A stretch of DNA of 37,218 nucleotides from Patescibacteria group bacterium (GCA_041659045.1 JBAZZB010000003.1:94212-131429), one strand, 5' to 3'. Positions 1 through 8,658 are shown, counted from the first letter of the stretch. A program made the numbers and translations. Notes: generated by a model not told the origin, from the sequence alone.

Positions 1-777
1 CCTGTTGGAACGGAAGGTGCCGGCATTTGCCACGGTGGTACGCAGACCTGCTTCAACGGCGTCTTTGCACAAGGCTGCCAAGGCGAACAAGCGCCAGTAT
101 CCGAAGAAGGCTTCCTGCGCTGTGATGGACTCGATAACGATTGCGATACGTGCGCGGATGATGTCTGGAATGACGAAGGCGCCTGCGAACCACTCCCCCC
201 GTTGAAAGCAGACATCGTCTTCATCATCGACCGCTCCGGCTCGATGTCGGGAACGATCACGGCCGTTATCTCCGCCGTCCAGAGCTGGGCGACAAGCATC
301 GGAACGAATCCGAATATCCGCTTCGCGCTCATCGACCCGACAAACGACAATGACCCCGACGGCATCAGCATGACGCTGCCGCTATCGAACTTTCTGACGT
401 TCAATGCCGCGATCGGATTGATCAGCGCAGACGGCAGCGCCACTGAACCCATGCATCACGCGGCGCAGCTGGTTTTGAGTGGCGCGTTCGATGCCACGCT
501 CGGCTTCGCTCCCGACTCGATTCGCATCGTCATCGCTATTCATGACGAACCGACAACATCTGGTGGCAATGATGTTGTCGGAGTGACCGAAACGACGGTC
601 TGCGGCTTTGTAGCGCCCAACACCGTGCTAGCGGTCATTACCTACCCGGACTTCTTCGCCGAATGGGACGCCTGCACATCGAGTACCGATATGCCGGCGA
701 CAGCCATGCCGCTCACAAGCGACCCGGCCACCATGCTAACGAATCTCGATCTCATCATTGAGACACCGTGCTTCTGA
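1..777 (+). CDS. Partial protein, 5' end outside the window: Cys-rich CDGxDNDCD (MopE-like putative metal-binding) segment followed by a von Willebrand factor A domain
   Basis: Frame 1 is open from nt 1 with no stop (..GICHGGTQTCFNG..LRCDGLDNDCDTCADD..). It runs into DIVFIIDRSGSMSG, the DxSxS MIDAS motif of vWA domains. The TTG at 202 in the ORF track is therefore probably internal. Confidence 0.7.
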   Translation, partial: PVGTEGAGICHGGTQTCFNGVFAQGCQGEQAPVSEEGFLRCDGLDNDCDTCADDVWNDEGACEPLPPLKADIVFIIDRSGSMSGTITAVISAVQSWATSIGTNPNIRFALIDPTNDNDPDGISMTLPLSNFLTFNAAIGLISADGSATEPMHHAAQLVLSGAFDATLGFAPDSIRIVIAIHDEPTTSGGNDVVGVTETTVCGFVAPNTVLAVITYPDFFAEWDACTSSTDMPATAMPLTSDPATMLTNLDLIIETPCF

Positions 778-784
778 TCACACC

Positions 785-816
785 CTCCGACAACGCGTCG
801 GAGTTTTCTTTTTTTT
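785..816 (+). terminator. Rho-independent terminator after the vWA gene
   Basis: Stem ctccgac / gtcggag (7 bp, loop aacgc) followed by ttttctttttttt. Confidence 0.7.
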
Positions 817-820
817 AACA

Positions 821-849
821 AAAGAAAAAGCCCCATCCGAAGATGCGGC
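821..849 (-). terminator. Rho-independent terminator after tRNA-CAT
   Basis: On the minus strand gccgcatc-ttcg-gatggggc (one mismatch) is followed by a T-run (plus strand aaagaaaaa). Confidence 0.55.
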
Positions 850-855
850 ATTTTC

Positions 856-932
856 TGGTAGCGGGAGAGGGGGTCGAACCCTCGACCTTGGGCTTATGAG
901 TCCCACGCTCTAACCAACTGAGCTACCCCGCC
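856..932 (-). tRNA. tRNA with CAT anticodon (elongator Met or lysidine-modified Ile2), CCA encoded
   Basis: The reverse complement GGCGGGGTAGCTCAGTTGGTTAGAGCGTGGGACTCATAAGCCCAAGGTCGAGGGTTCGACCCCCTCTCCCGCTACCA folds as a cloverleaf. It has a paired 1:72 position, a CTCATAA anticodon loop and a GGTTCGA T-loop. Confidence 0.9.
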
Positions 933-1076
933 AGGGGCGTCCTTACCGCCAGCATGCTAGCAAAAAGCGCCCGGTCTGGCAAGCTCATTCGAGCCTAGCG
1001 AGCTTGACCGAAAGCCCGTATTCTGGTACGAAGACCTATCGGTCTTTCCCGACAACCCAAGCCCACGGAGTGTTCC

Positions 1077-2363
1077 ATGCCCCGCACCACGCTCAAGACC
1101 CGTCCTCTCCCAGGTCGCGTCGCCCGCGCCAAGCGGGCCGTGAAGACACCCGACAAACGATCCAAGGCCATCTGCACCAAGGACAGGAGCATCCCAAAGA
1201 ACCGCAAGCCGGGAGAAACTCCCTCTTCGCGCACCAAGGGAGACCTGAGCAGCTACTTCACCGACATCTCGCGTGGTGAGCCGCGCCTGACGCCGAAGGA
1301 GGAGATGTCACTCGGCAAGATCCTCCAGGAGGCGATCCAGGCGACGGTAATCAAGCTGTCCGCGCAGCTCGAGTCTGATCTCGATCTGCTGGCCAAGACG
1401 GCCGCCTACGAGGTCAACGTCGAATCCGCGACGGATCCGGTGCTGGAAGCACGACAGCGTACGCGTCGGCTGAACCCCGAGCGCTTGCGCGGCAAGAAGC
1501 TCAAGGCACACATCAAGGATGTGTTCTACAGCGAGGCGGGCCTCGATCTCCTCAAGACCTACGACCCCCAGTCTGGGGGTTACGCCGTCGAGAGAATGAT
1601 CAAGGCAAACCTCCTGCTCGTGGTCTCGATGGCGCGCAAGTACTATCGGCACGGCGGCAGCATGCCACTCAGCGAGCTGATCCAGGAAGGCAACATCGGC
1701 CTGATTCTCGGCACGCTGCGTTTCGACTACAAGCGCGGCTACCGCTTCTCGACCTACGCCAGCTGGTGGATCCGCCACGCCGTCACCCGCGCGATCGCGG
1801 ACAAGGCACGCGAGATTCGCATCCCGGTGCACATGCACGAGTTCTCCCAAACGGCCGCGAAGTTTCGCGCGCAGTTGATCGAGAAGCTCGGCAGAACGCC
1901 GACGATCGAAGAGGTGGCGGACGCGATGCTGGTGGAGAAGCGCAAGAAACTGAAAAGCGCTCCCTCGCCCGATGTCGCAGCCAAGGAGCGCCAGCAGACG
2001 ATCGACAAGCTGCACAAGATGATCACGCAGACGCAGCTGCCCATTTCGCTTCAGACGTTGATCCGCACGGACAACGATGATACCGAACTGGGTGATCTGA
2101 TTCCCACCGAAGCCCCCGAGGAGCTCAAGCCCTGGGCCGGCCTCGAGGACGGGTTGCTGCAGCAGGCGATGAACGACCATCTCACGGAGTTCGAACAGAA
2201 AGTGCTGCGTCAGCGCTTCGGTATCGGCACGGTCGATAACGAAGAGGTCACGTTCCGCGAGATCGGCGACGAACACAACTTGAGTCGCGAGCGGATCCGC
2301 CAGATTCAGAACAACGCCCTACGCAAGCTTCACAAAGCACTCGAAAGACACGTCATCACCTGA
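1077..2363 (+). CDS. rpoD: Sigma-70 family RNA polymerase sigma factor, primary (group 1)-like
   Basis: Region 2.4/3.0 string YASWWIRHAVTRAIADKAREIRIPVHM. Region 4.2 string REIGDEHNLSRERIRQIQNNALRKL. GGAG lies 6 nt upstream of the ATG. Confidence 0.9.
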   Translation: MPRTTLKTRPLPGRVARAKRAVKTPDKRSKAICTKDRSIPKNRKPGETPSSRTKGDLSSYFTDISRGEPRLTPKEEMSLGKILQEAIQATVIKLSAQLESDLDLLAKTAAYEVNVESATDPVLEARQRTRRLNPERLRGKKLKAHIKDVFYSEAGLDLLKTYDPQSGGYAVERMIKANLLLVVSMARKYYRHGGSMPLSELIQEGNIGLILGTLRFDYKRGYRFSTYASWWIRHAVTRAIADKAREIRIPVHMHEFSQTAAKFRAQLIEKLGRTPTIEEVADAMLVEKRKKLKSAPSPDVAAKERQQTIDKLHKMITQTQLPISLQTLIRTDNDDTELGDLIPTEAPEELKPWAGLEDGLLQQAMNDHLTEFEQKVLRQRFGIGTVDNEEVTFREIGDEHNLSRERIRQIQNNALRKLHKALERHVIT

Positions 2364-2387
2364 ACTCGGGTGATGTTTTTTTGCAAC

Positions 2388-2420
2388 AAAAAGACCCTCA
2401 CCTTTCGGTGGGGGTCTTTT
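2388..2420. terminator. Bidirectional rho-independent terminator between rpoD (+) and tRNA-fMet (-)
   Basis: A 10-bp stem gaccctcacc / ggtgggggtc with loop tttc, an A-run on the left and a T-run on the right. Confidence 0.75.
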
Positions 2421-2495
2421 GGTTGCGGGAGCAGGACTCGAACCTGCGACCTCGAGGTTATGGGCCTCGCGAGCTGCCAACTGCTCTATCCCGCG
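2420..2495 (-). tRNA. Initiator tRNA-fMet (CAT), CCA encoded
   Basis: The reverse complement is CGCGGGATAGAGCAGTTGGCAGCTCGCGAGGCCCATAACCTCGAGGTCGCAGGTTCGAGTCCTGCTCCCGCAACCA. It has the C1/A72 mismatch typical of bacterial initiators. It aligns along its length with E. coli tRNA-fMet as I remember it. Confidence 0.9.
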
Positions 2496-2533
2496 TCGGG
2501 ATAGAAGCACCCTATCCCAGCACGAGGCGCGTG

Positions 2534-3688
2534 TCAAGCTGCACGAAGCGCTGCTTCGTAGACCTCGAGCGTCTCCCCCGCCGTCTTATCCCAACGATAT
2601 TCCGTCGAACGCTCTAGGCCGCGGCGGCCCAGCTCGATACGCTGCGACTCGTTTTCAAGCAGGTGCTTGAGCGCACGCATCAGTTCCGACTGACTGTTCG
2701 GATCAACCAAGAGCGCCGCGCCGCGCCCGGCGACCTCTGGAAGCGATGATAGGGTTGAGGTAATGACCGGCACGCCTACATTCATCGCCTCAAGCACCGG
2801 CAGACCGAAACCCTCATAACGACTCGGAAAGATAAAGGCCTTCGCCTTGGCGATCAAGGCGTGTTTTTCCTCTTCTGGAACGTACCCAAGAACACGGATG
2901 CGTTCCGAACCGAACGACCGGTTCGCCGCGAGAATCGCCGCAAACGTTTTTTCGGATTTCCATCCGCGAGAACCGGCAATAACGAGTTCCGTGTCTCCGA
3001 TGATTTTTGGAAAGTGTTCGACAAGAGAAGCGTACGCTCGAACCAACCCCTCGACGTTCTTGCGCGGCTCAATCGTGCCAAGAAACAACAGGTACGGATT
3101 CTTAAATGCAGAATTTTTTTCCCAAGCATCCGGTGGCGGTGGCTCGACGCCTTCATGCACGACCGCAATCTTCTCGGACGGCACCGCGAAAATATCTTGA
3201 AGGTCACGCTTGGTCGAATGTGAAACCGCGATGATTTTGGAGGCGCGGTGGACACTGGCGGGCACGACGAAGCGGCGCGAAAAGAACTGGCCGCTTGGGA
3301 ACCATTCAGGGTGCATGTAAATCGCGAGGTCGTGCACCGTCACAACACTCTTCTTGCGATACCCCATCGGCAAACTTCCTGTCGTGCCGTGATAGATATC
3401 CGCGCCACACTTCGCGATAGCAGACGCGACGAAACGGTGCGAATACGCGTAGGGAAGGAATTTTTTAAAACGCGAAAGAGGCAATGTTTTTGCCGTCACA
3501 TTCTGATGACCGCCGACAATCTCTCCAATCGTGCCTTTCGTCGCGCGCTCATCAAAAAATAACACGTACTCGTTTTCTTCATCGATGCGCAAAAGATGCT
3601 TCGTCAGAAAACGAACGTAATGACCGATACCGGTCATGTCTCCATGTTCCGGGCTGACGATAGGCCGACAGTCGATGGCAATGCGCAT
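2534..3688 (-). CDS. Glycosyltransferase, GT4 family (Glycos_transf_1 type)
   Basis: C-terminal signature FPSRYEGFGLPVLEAMNVGVPVITS. AGGAGGG RBS upstream of the ATG. Confidence 0.85.
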   Translation of the reverse strand: MRIAIDCRPIVSPEHGDMTGIGHYVRFLTKHLLRIDEENEYVLFFDERATKGTIGEIVGGHQNVTAKTLPLSRFKKFLPYAYSHRFVASAIAKCGADIYHGTTGSLPMGYRKKSVVTVHDLAIYMHPEWFPSGQFFSRRFVVPASVHRASKIIAVSHSTKRDLQDIFAVPSEKIAVVHEGVEPPPPDAWEKNSAFKNPYLLFLGTIEPRKNVEGLVRAYASLVEHFPKIIGDTELVIAGSRGWKSEKTFAAILAANRSFGSERIRVLGYVPEEEKHALIAKAKAFIFPSRYEGFGLPVLEAMNVGVPVITSTLSSLPEVAGRGAALLVDPNSQSELMRALKHLLENESQRIELGRRGLERSTEYRWDKTAGETLEVYEAALRAA

Positions 3689-3707
3689 ACCCTCCTATTC
3701 TACCACG

Positions 3708-4631
3708 TCACCACTCGAACGTTTTAAAACCCCAGAACAAAAGCGATTTTGCGTCCTGAAAACGGTCATCTGACGTACGGCTACCGAGTACGACGCCAAG
3801 CACATCCGCCTTGCCTTTCTTGGCGCGCAGAACGAGCGTATAGCCTGCTTCCTCGGTATACCCCGTCTTGCCACCGACGATCTGGAACTCGCCTTGATTC
3901 AAAAAACTCTGCAGCAATTCGTCGGTTGCCGGCACACGGCGAGCAAGCCCGAGAGTTGTCTTCACGACAATTTCTTTTTCCGTCAACGCCTCGCGAATTT
4001 CAGAACGTCCGAACGCCACGACAGCCAGGCGTGCGACATCGAGCGCAACAGAAGCGTTCTCCGGCTTATAGCCGGTCGGATCGACAAACCTCGTATGCAA
4101 AAGATCCAGCTCGCGAGCCTTCGAATTCATACGCTCGACGAATTCTTCGCGACTCACGCCCATAGAACGTGAAAGCGCCATGGCGGCGTTGTTCGCGGAG
4201 CCGACCAACATCACGTCGAACATATCACGCGCGGACAACGTATCCCCTGTTTTGAGATACGGGATGCCTTCGAGCGCGTTGTCGCCCGATTCAATCGTGA
4301 CACGCTTGTTCCAATCCGGCTTGAGATCGAGAATCACGAGCGCCGTCATGAGCTTGGTAATCGAAGCAATTGGTACGACGCGCTCGTCGCCTTGCGAAAA
4401 GAGCACCTCGCCGCTTTTCGTATCAATGAGCGCGGCCGTCGGTGCCGTCAGTTTCACGCCGAGGCTGGCGGGATCGAGTTTGCGAGGTGCCTGAGGAATG
4501 ACGGTGGACTCCTCCGGAGCTGCCGCCGCTTCGGCGGGCAAAATAATCGCTGGCGGACGCAACAAATCCGGACGCGAGGTAACGCTGGCAAAGACGGTTT
4601 TGAGCAGCAGGTGCAGCAAGAACTCGACCAT
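3708..4631 (-). CDS. D-alanyl-D-alanine carboxypeptidase (serine peptidase S11, PBP5-like)
   Basis: SxxK (ASITKLMT), SxN (GSANNAA) and KTG (GGKTGYT) motifs occur in the canonical order. The N-terminus is hydrophobic. Confidence 0.85.
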   Translation of the reverse strand: MVEFLLHLLLKTVFASVTSRPDLLRPPAIILPAEAAAAPEESTVIPQAPRKLDPASLGVKLTAPTAALIDTKSGEVLFSQGDERVVPIASITKLMTALVILDLKPDWNKRVTIESGDNALEGIPYLKTGDTLSARDMFDVMLVGSANNAAMALSRSMGVSREEFVERMNSKARELDLLHTRFVDPTGYKPENASVALDVARLAVVAFGRSEIREALTEKEIVVKTTLGLARRVPATDELLQSFLNQGEFQIVGGKTGYTEEAGYTLVLRAKKGKADVLGVVLGSRTSDDRFQDAKSLLFWGFKTFEW

Positions 4632-4633
4632 AG

Positions 4634-5245
4634 TTATTCGGCTTGCGGCGCTTCGATGGAAGCTTCTGGGGCCGCTTCCGTCGGCGCGGCTTTGGCTGCC
4701 GCCGCGTCGAGCAATTTCTGAAGATTCTCGTCAGAACTAAGAGCAGCAAAATCCGGCAGCTCGTTCGTTTGGCGAATGCCGAGGTAACGCAAGAAATCGA
4801 ACGTCACACGATACGTAGCCGGCGCCGACGGATCATCCGTTTTACCGCCTTCGGTTTCAACCAAACCTCGGATGAGCAGGTTGCGCAGAATCAAACTGCA
4901 GTTCACGCCGCGAATCTGCTCGAGCTCAGCCTTGGTAAGAGGACCGCGGTAGCCGACGATCGTCAGCGTCTCAAGCGCGGGGCGTGTGAGTTCACCAAAA
5001 GTCTCATCCTTCAAAAATGTTTTGACCAACTCGGCGTGCTCTGGGCTCGTTGCAAGCTGCACTTCGTCGCCGTTGCGCAGGACGGTAAAACCCGACTCCG
5101 GGCGGGCGTCGTATTCCGCAAGCAATTCTTCAAGCGCTTGCTGCACGTCTTTTTTGTCGTGACCAGTCGCTTCCGCCAAACGCTTTACGGAAAGCGGTCG
5201 GCTCGAGACGAACAACAGGCTTTCGATTTCTGATTTGACGCTCAT
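4634..5245 (-). CDS. scpB: Segregation and condensation protein B
   Basis: ESLLFVSSRPLSVKRLAE and LTKAELEQIRGVN are typical ScpB strings. There is a 4-nt overlap with scpA. Confidence 0.85.
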   Translation of the reverse strand: MSVKSEIESLLFVSSRPLSVKRLAEATGHDKKDVQQALEELLAEYDARPESGFTVLRNGDEVQLATSPEHAELVKTFLKDETFGELTRPALETLTIVGYRGPLTKAELEQIRGVNCSLILRNLLIRGLVETEGGKTDDPSAPATYRVTFDFLRYLGIRQTNELPDFAALSSDENLQKLLDAAAAKAAPTEAAPEASIEAPQAE

Positions 5246-5934
5246 ACTTTCTCAAGATGAATCTCACTGAAACTGTTTTCCTGACTGACGGTGACGTGAC
5301 GTTGTTTGACCAGCTCGAGCAGTGCTAGGAAGGAAACGATGATCTCGCTGCGTGTCTCGGCGTTCTTGAGCAGGTGATGAAAGCTAACTTTCGCGTGCTT
5401 GGAAATCAATTCCTGAATATGACGGATCTTCTCGTGGATCGAGACGGTACGCTCGATGACGCCTTCGGGCGTTTTTACAACGGGTATCAAACGTTTGAGG
5501 ATGTCACGGAAGAGCTCGGCCATCTTTTCTCCAGTGAAGTCCTTTGGCGGCGCGAATCCGAGTGCCGAGACGGGAGGTTTCTCGCGAACGTAGGTGTGAC
5601 GCTTCTTGCCAAGCATCGCGAGCACCTTCTTAGCCGCTTCGACGTACTCCTTGTACATGCGCAAGCGGCGTTCGAGGTCGCCTTCCTCTTCTTCTTCGCC
5701 CCAGTGCAGGAGCGGAAGCAGCATTTTGGATTTGATGTAGAGAAGCTTGGCGGCGGTCACCAGGAAATCCGCGAGCTCTTCGGCTGAGATTTCTGGAAGC
5801 TTCTGCAATTGTTCGATGTACTGGTCGGCAACTTTGGCGAGCGAAACTTCGGTGATATCAAGTTCCTCCCGCTCAATAAGTTTGAGCAGGAGGTCGAGAG
5901 GCCCTTCGAATTTCTCGATCTTGATCTCGTACAC
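5242..5934 (-). CDS. scpA: Segregation and condensation protein A
   Basis: N-terminal FEGPLDLLLKLIEREELDITEVSLAKVADQY. Confidence 0.85.
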   Translation of the reverse strand: MYEIKIEKFEGPLDLLLKLIEREELDITEVSLAKVADQYIEQLQKLPEISAEELADFLVTAAKLLYIKSKMLLPLLHWGEEEEEGDLERRLRMYKEYVEAAKKVLAMLGKKRHTYVREKPPVSALGFAPPKDFTGEKMAELFRDILKRLIPVVKTPEGVIERTVSIHEKIRHIQELISKHAKVSFHHLLKNAETRSEIIVSFLALLELVKQRHVTVSQENSFSEIHLEKV

Positions 5935-5937
5935 GTG

Positions 5938-6516
5938 TTACGCCTTCTTTTTCTTCAAAACCTTCTTGGCCTTCTTCATGGTCTTCTTGGCCGTTTTCTT
6001 GGCCTTCTTCATGACTTTCTGGAGCTTGATCTTGGCCTTATCGCCGAACTGACCAAGTGTCGCCCCTTCCTTCGCATGCAGATCCTTTACACGCACGCGG
6101 AGCGCCTCCGTGTGCGCGCCAGCCGAAACCAAAACCTTCTGCGTTTTAAGCAGAGCTTTGTCGAACAAGATTTCGAGCTTGTGATAGCCGCCAAAAGGCG
6201 TGATCGCCCCCGGGTTCAACTTCATTTTCTTCAAAGTCTTCTCAAGAGCCATTTCGACTTTCTTGGCCTTGAGATGATTCTTGATCTTCTGGAAGTTGGC
6301 GCGGTACGAAGCTGGGATCACCAGAATGTAGTGTTTTCCCTTCTTGTCGACTTTCGGGAGCTCAACCTTCACGAGCAGCGTCTTCGCGATACCGTCGAGC
6401 TTCTCGCCGAGGGTCTGCGCCAAGTCGTAGGCGGTATAGACCTTCTTGTGCGGCACGATCTCATACGAGATCTGGGCTTTGTCGAGATATTTGAGAAGCG
6501 GTTTGGCGACGGCCAT
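5938..6516 (-). CDS. YbaK/EbsC-type aminoacyl-tRNA deacylase domain protein with a lysine-rich C-terminal tail
   Basis: YEIVPHKKVYTAYDLA..TLLVK..PGAITPFGG fits the tRNA_edit/YbaK fold. The tail is KKAKKTAKKTMKKAKKVLKKKKA. Confidence 0.65.
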   Translation of the reverse strand: MAVAKPLLKYLDKAQISYEIVPHKKVYTAYDLAQTLGEKLDGIAKTLLVKVELPKVDKKGKHYILVIPASYRANFQKIKNHLKAKKVEMALEKTLKKMKLNPGAITPFGGYHKLEILFDKALLKTQKVLVSAGAHTEALRVRVKDLHAKEGATLGQFGDKAKIKLQKVMKKAKKTAKKTMKKAKKVLKKKKA

Positions 6517-6551
6517 AGCAGAGGGTTAGCTGTTGAAAACTCCCTTCAATC

Positions 6552-7958
6552 TTAGCCTTTTTTCTCTTTCGGGGCGAGCGCAAGGATATGCGCTTCCTGG
6601 AGTTGGACTTCCGGCATCGGCGCGGGTGCACCCATCATCGGATCGCGGGCGTCGCCGGTTTTCGGGAAGGTGATGACTTCGCGGATGTTCGGCTCCCCTG
6701 CCAAAAGCATGACGATGCGGTCGATACCCGGAGCGATGCCTCCGTGCGGTGGCGCGCCGTACTCGAAAGCTTCGAGCATGTGGCCGAAACGATCGACAAT
6801 CTCATCGTCAGCAAGGCCGAGGATCTGGAAGATCTTGTTCTGGGTTTCGCGATCGTGAATACGAATCGAACCGCCACCGATTTCGTAGCCGTTCAACACA
6901 ATGTCATACGCCTTGGCGATGACTTTTTCCGGCGAAGTGGCGAGAAGCTCCTTCTGATCGTCACGCGGCGCCGTGAACGGATGATGCGCGGAAACGAGGC
7001 GACCTTCGGATTCGGATTTCTCGAAGAGCGGGAAATCGACGACCCAGCAGAAAGCGAGTTCGTTCGGGTCTTCCTTGTTCACGCGCAGATCCGGCTTGTC
7101 GTTGCCATATTTCTCCATTGCTTCGGCGTAGGACAAACGCGGGAACGGCTTCTGCAAAATTTTCTTTTCGGGAGAAACGGCTTCGACGAGCTTGATCAAC
7201 ATCTCTTCGACGAGCGAAATAACATCTTCTTCTTCGACGAAGGACATCTCCATATCGAGCTGCGTGAACTCCGGCTGGCGGTCGCCACGCTGGTCTTCGT
7301 CACGGAAGCAACGAGCAACTTGGAAATAGCGCTCCATGCCAGCAACCATGAGCAGCTGCTTGAACTGCTGAGGCGACTGCGGCAGCACGTAGAACTTTCC
7401 GGCGTGCAAACGCGACGGCACGAGGTATTCGCGCGAACCTTCCGGCGTGCCTTTGGTGAGAATCGGCGTTTCGATTTCGAAGAAACCTTTCTGCTCAAGG
7501 AAGTCGCGGAAGAATTTGGTGATCTTGAAGCGCAGTTCCGTATTCTTGCGCATGCGTTCGGAGCGCAGGTCGAGATAGCGGTATTTCAAACGCAGCTCTT
7601 CATCAACGAGACGAGTATCGGCGTTCAATTCGAACGGCGTCGTCTTGGCGGCGTTCAAGACCGTAAGCTCGAGCGCTTCGAACTCGACCGCGCCGAGCGG
7701 CTGATTCGCTTGCACCTGCTTTTCCGGTCGGGCGTTCACCTTGCCGCGAATGGCAACGACGAATTCCGAACGCAAATCGGCCGCGGCAGCGAGTGCCTCG
7801 GGATTGCCCGGATGAAAAACGACTTGAATGATGCCAGTGCGATCGCGAAGCTCGATGAAGATCATCTTGCCCATATTACGTCGCACGTGCACCCAGCCTT
7901 TCAGCAAGACCTCTTCTCCTACCCGGTTCAACGTTTCCAAAACAAAAATGCGTTTCAT
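6552..7958 (-). CDS. aspS: Aspartyl-tRNA synthetase, bacterial-type core without the GAD insertion domain
   Basis: Motif 2 region [59 protein letters not shown] and GGSIRIH are also present. The protein is 468 aa. Confidence 0.9.
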   Translation of the reverse strand: MKRIFVLETLNRVGEEVLLKGWVHVRRNMGKMIFIELRDRTGIIQVVFHPGNPEALAAAADLRSEFVVAIRGKVNARPEKQVQANQPLGAVEFEALELTVLNAAKTTPFELNADTRLVDEELRLKYRYLDLRSERMRKNTELRFKITKFFRDFLEQKGFFEIETPILTKGTPEGSREYLVPSRLHAGKFYVLPQSPQQFKQLLMVAGMERYFQVARCFRDEDQRGDRQPEFTQLDMEMSFVEEEDVISLVEEMLIKLVEAVSPEKKILQKPFPRLSYAEAMEKYGNDKPDLRVNKEDPNELAFCWVVDFPLFEKSESEGRLVSAHHPFTAPRDDQKELLATSPEKVIAKAYDIVLNGYEIGGGSIRIHDRETQNKIFQILGLADDEIVDRFGHMLEAFEYGAPPHGGIAPGIDRIVMLLAGEPNIREVITFPKTGDARDPMMGAPAPMPEVQLQEAHILALAPKEKKG

Positions 7959-8018
7959 GAGGGTGATTTCTTCCGAACTTTACCACGCGTTTTCTACTTG
8001 GGCAACCCCAAGAGAGGA

Positions 8019-8045
8019 ACGAAAAAATGGCTTAGATAAGCCATT
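8019..8045. repeat. 27-nt direct repeat, copy A; contains the terminator hairpin of the orphan gene
   Basis: acgaaaaaatGgcttagataagccatt. On the minus strand aatggctt-atct-aagccatt is followed by tttttt. Confidence 0.8.
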
Positions 8046-8658
8046 AAAATGATGAACCGAAGAAGCGACGAAGTCGGGATGCCGTGCCCATTTTCGGATG
8101 TGCTTTTTCATCCTTATCGAAACTCAGCCAGGCCTGGTCAAATATTCCGAGGTAGGGCGTCATACAAGGCTCGTTCGCGATGATCGTGCCGGGAAGATCC
8201 ATGGCGTACCCTTCGCTGTCATTGAATGTCCGCACGACCGATGGGTACTGAAGAAAGCTGCAGACACCCTGAAGCGCCGTGAGAGCCGTTTCGTCGGTGT
8301 CAAACGCCTGCCGGCATTCACGGATGGTTTTCCCTTTGTTTCTCCGACCGTCCTGCATCAAGATCCAGACCGGCTGCTGCGCTTCCGCGTCACATTCCGT
8401 GCATGTACTGATGCGCTGATCGGCTTTGGGAAACAAGCCGCCGATCCCGGCGAGTCGACATAGCGCCTCGAGACCTATCCGAGGCTCCACCAGTACGAGA
8501 TGCGGAAAGCGCGGATCCGACTTTTCTGGTGCCGGCGGAATGCTTTCAAGATAGTCTCGGAAGGTGCCGATTCCGTTCAGGAAAGCGCCTACGCCAAGGT
8601 CCCAGTAACGTGCGGTTTGAATCTCTCGTACGCCCACGAGTCGAATATTTCCTATCAC
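8044..8658 (-). CDS. Hypothetical protein, no family recognised
   Basis: A 204-aa ORF with a GTG start and GGAGG 7 nt upstream. A terminator hairpin follows the stop directly. Confidence 0.6.
   Translation of the reverse strand: MIGNIRLVGVREIQTARYWDLGVGAFLNGIGTFRDYLESIPPAPEKSDPRFPHLVLVEPRIGLEALCRLAGIGGLFPKADQRISTCTECDAEAQQPVWILMQDGRRNKGKTIRECRQAFDTDETALTALQGVCSFLQYPSVVRTFNDSEGYAMDLPGTIIANEPCMTPYLGIFDQAWLSFDKDEKAHPKMGTASRLRRFFGSSF

Noticed and set aside
933-1076. A possible sigma-70 promoter, TTGACC-N17-TACGAA, upstream of rpoD.
   Set aside because: The -10 candidate lacks the conserved final T, and other spacings do not fit. This is too weak to annotate.
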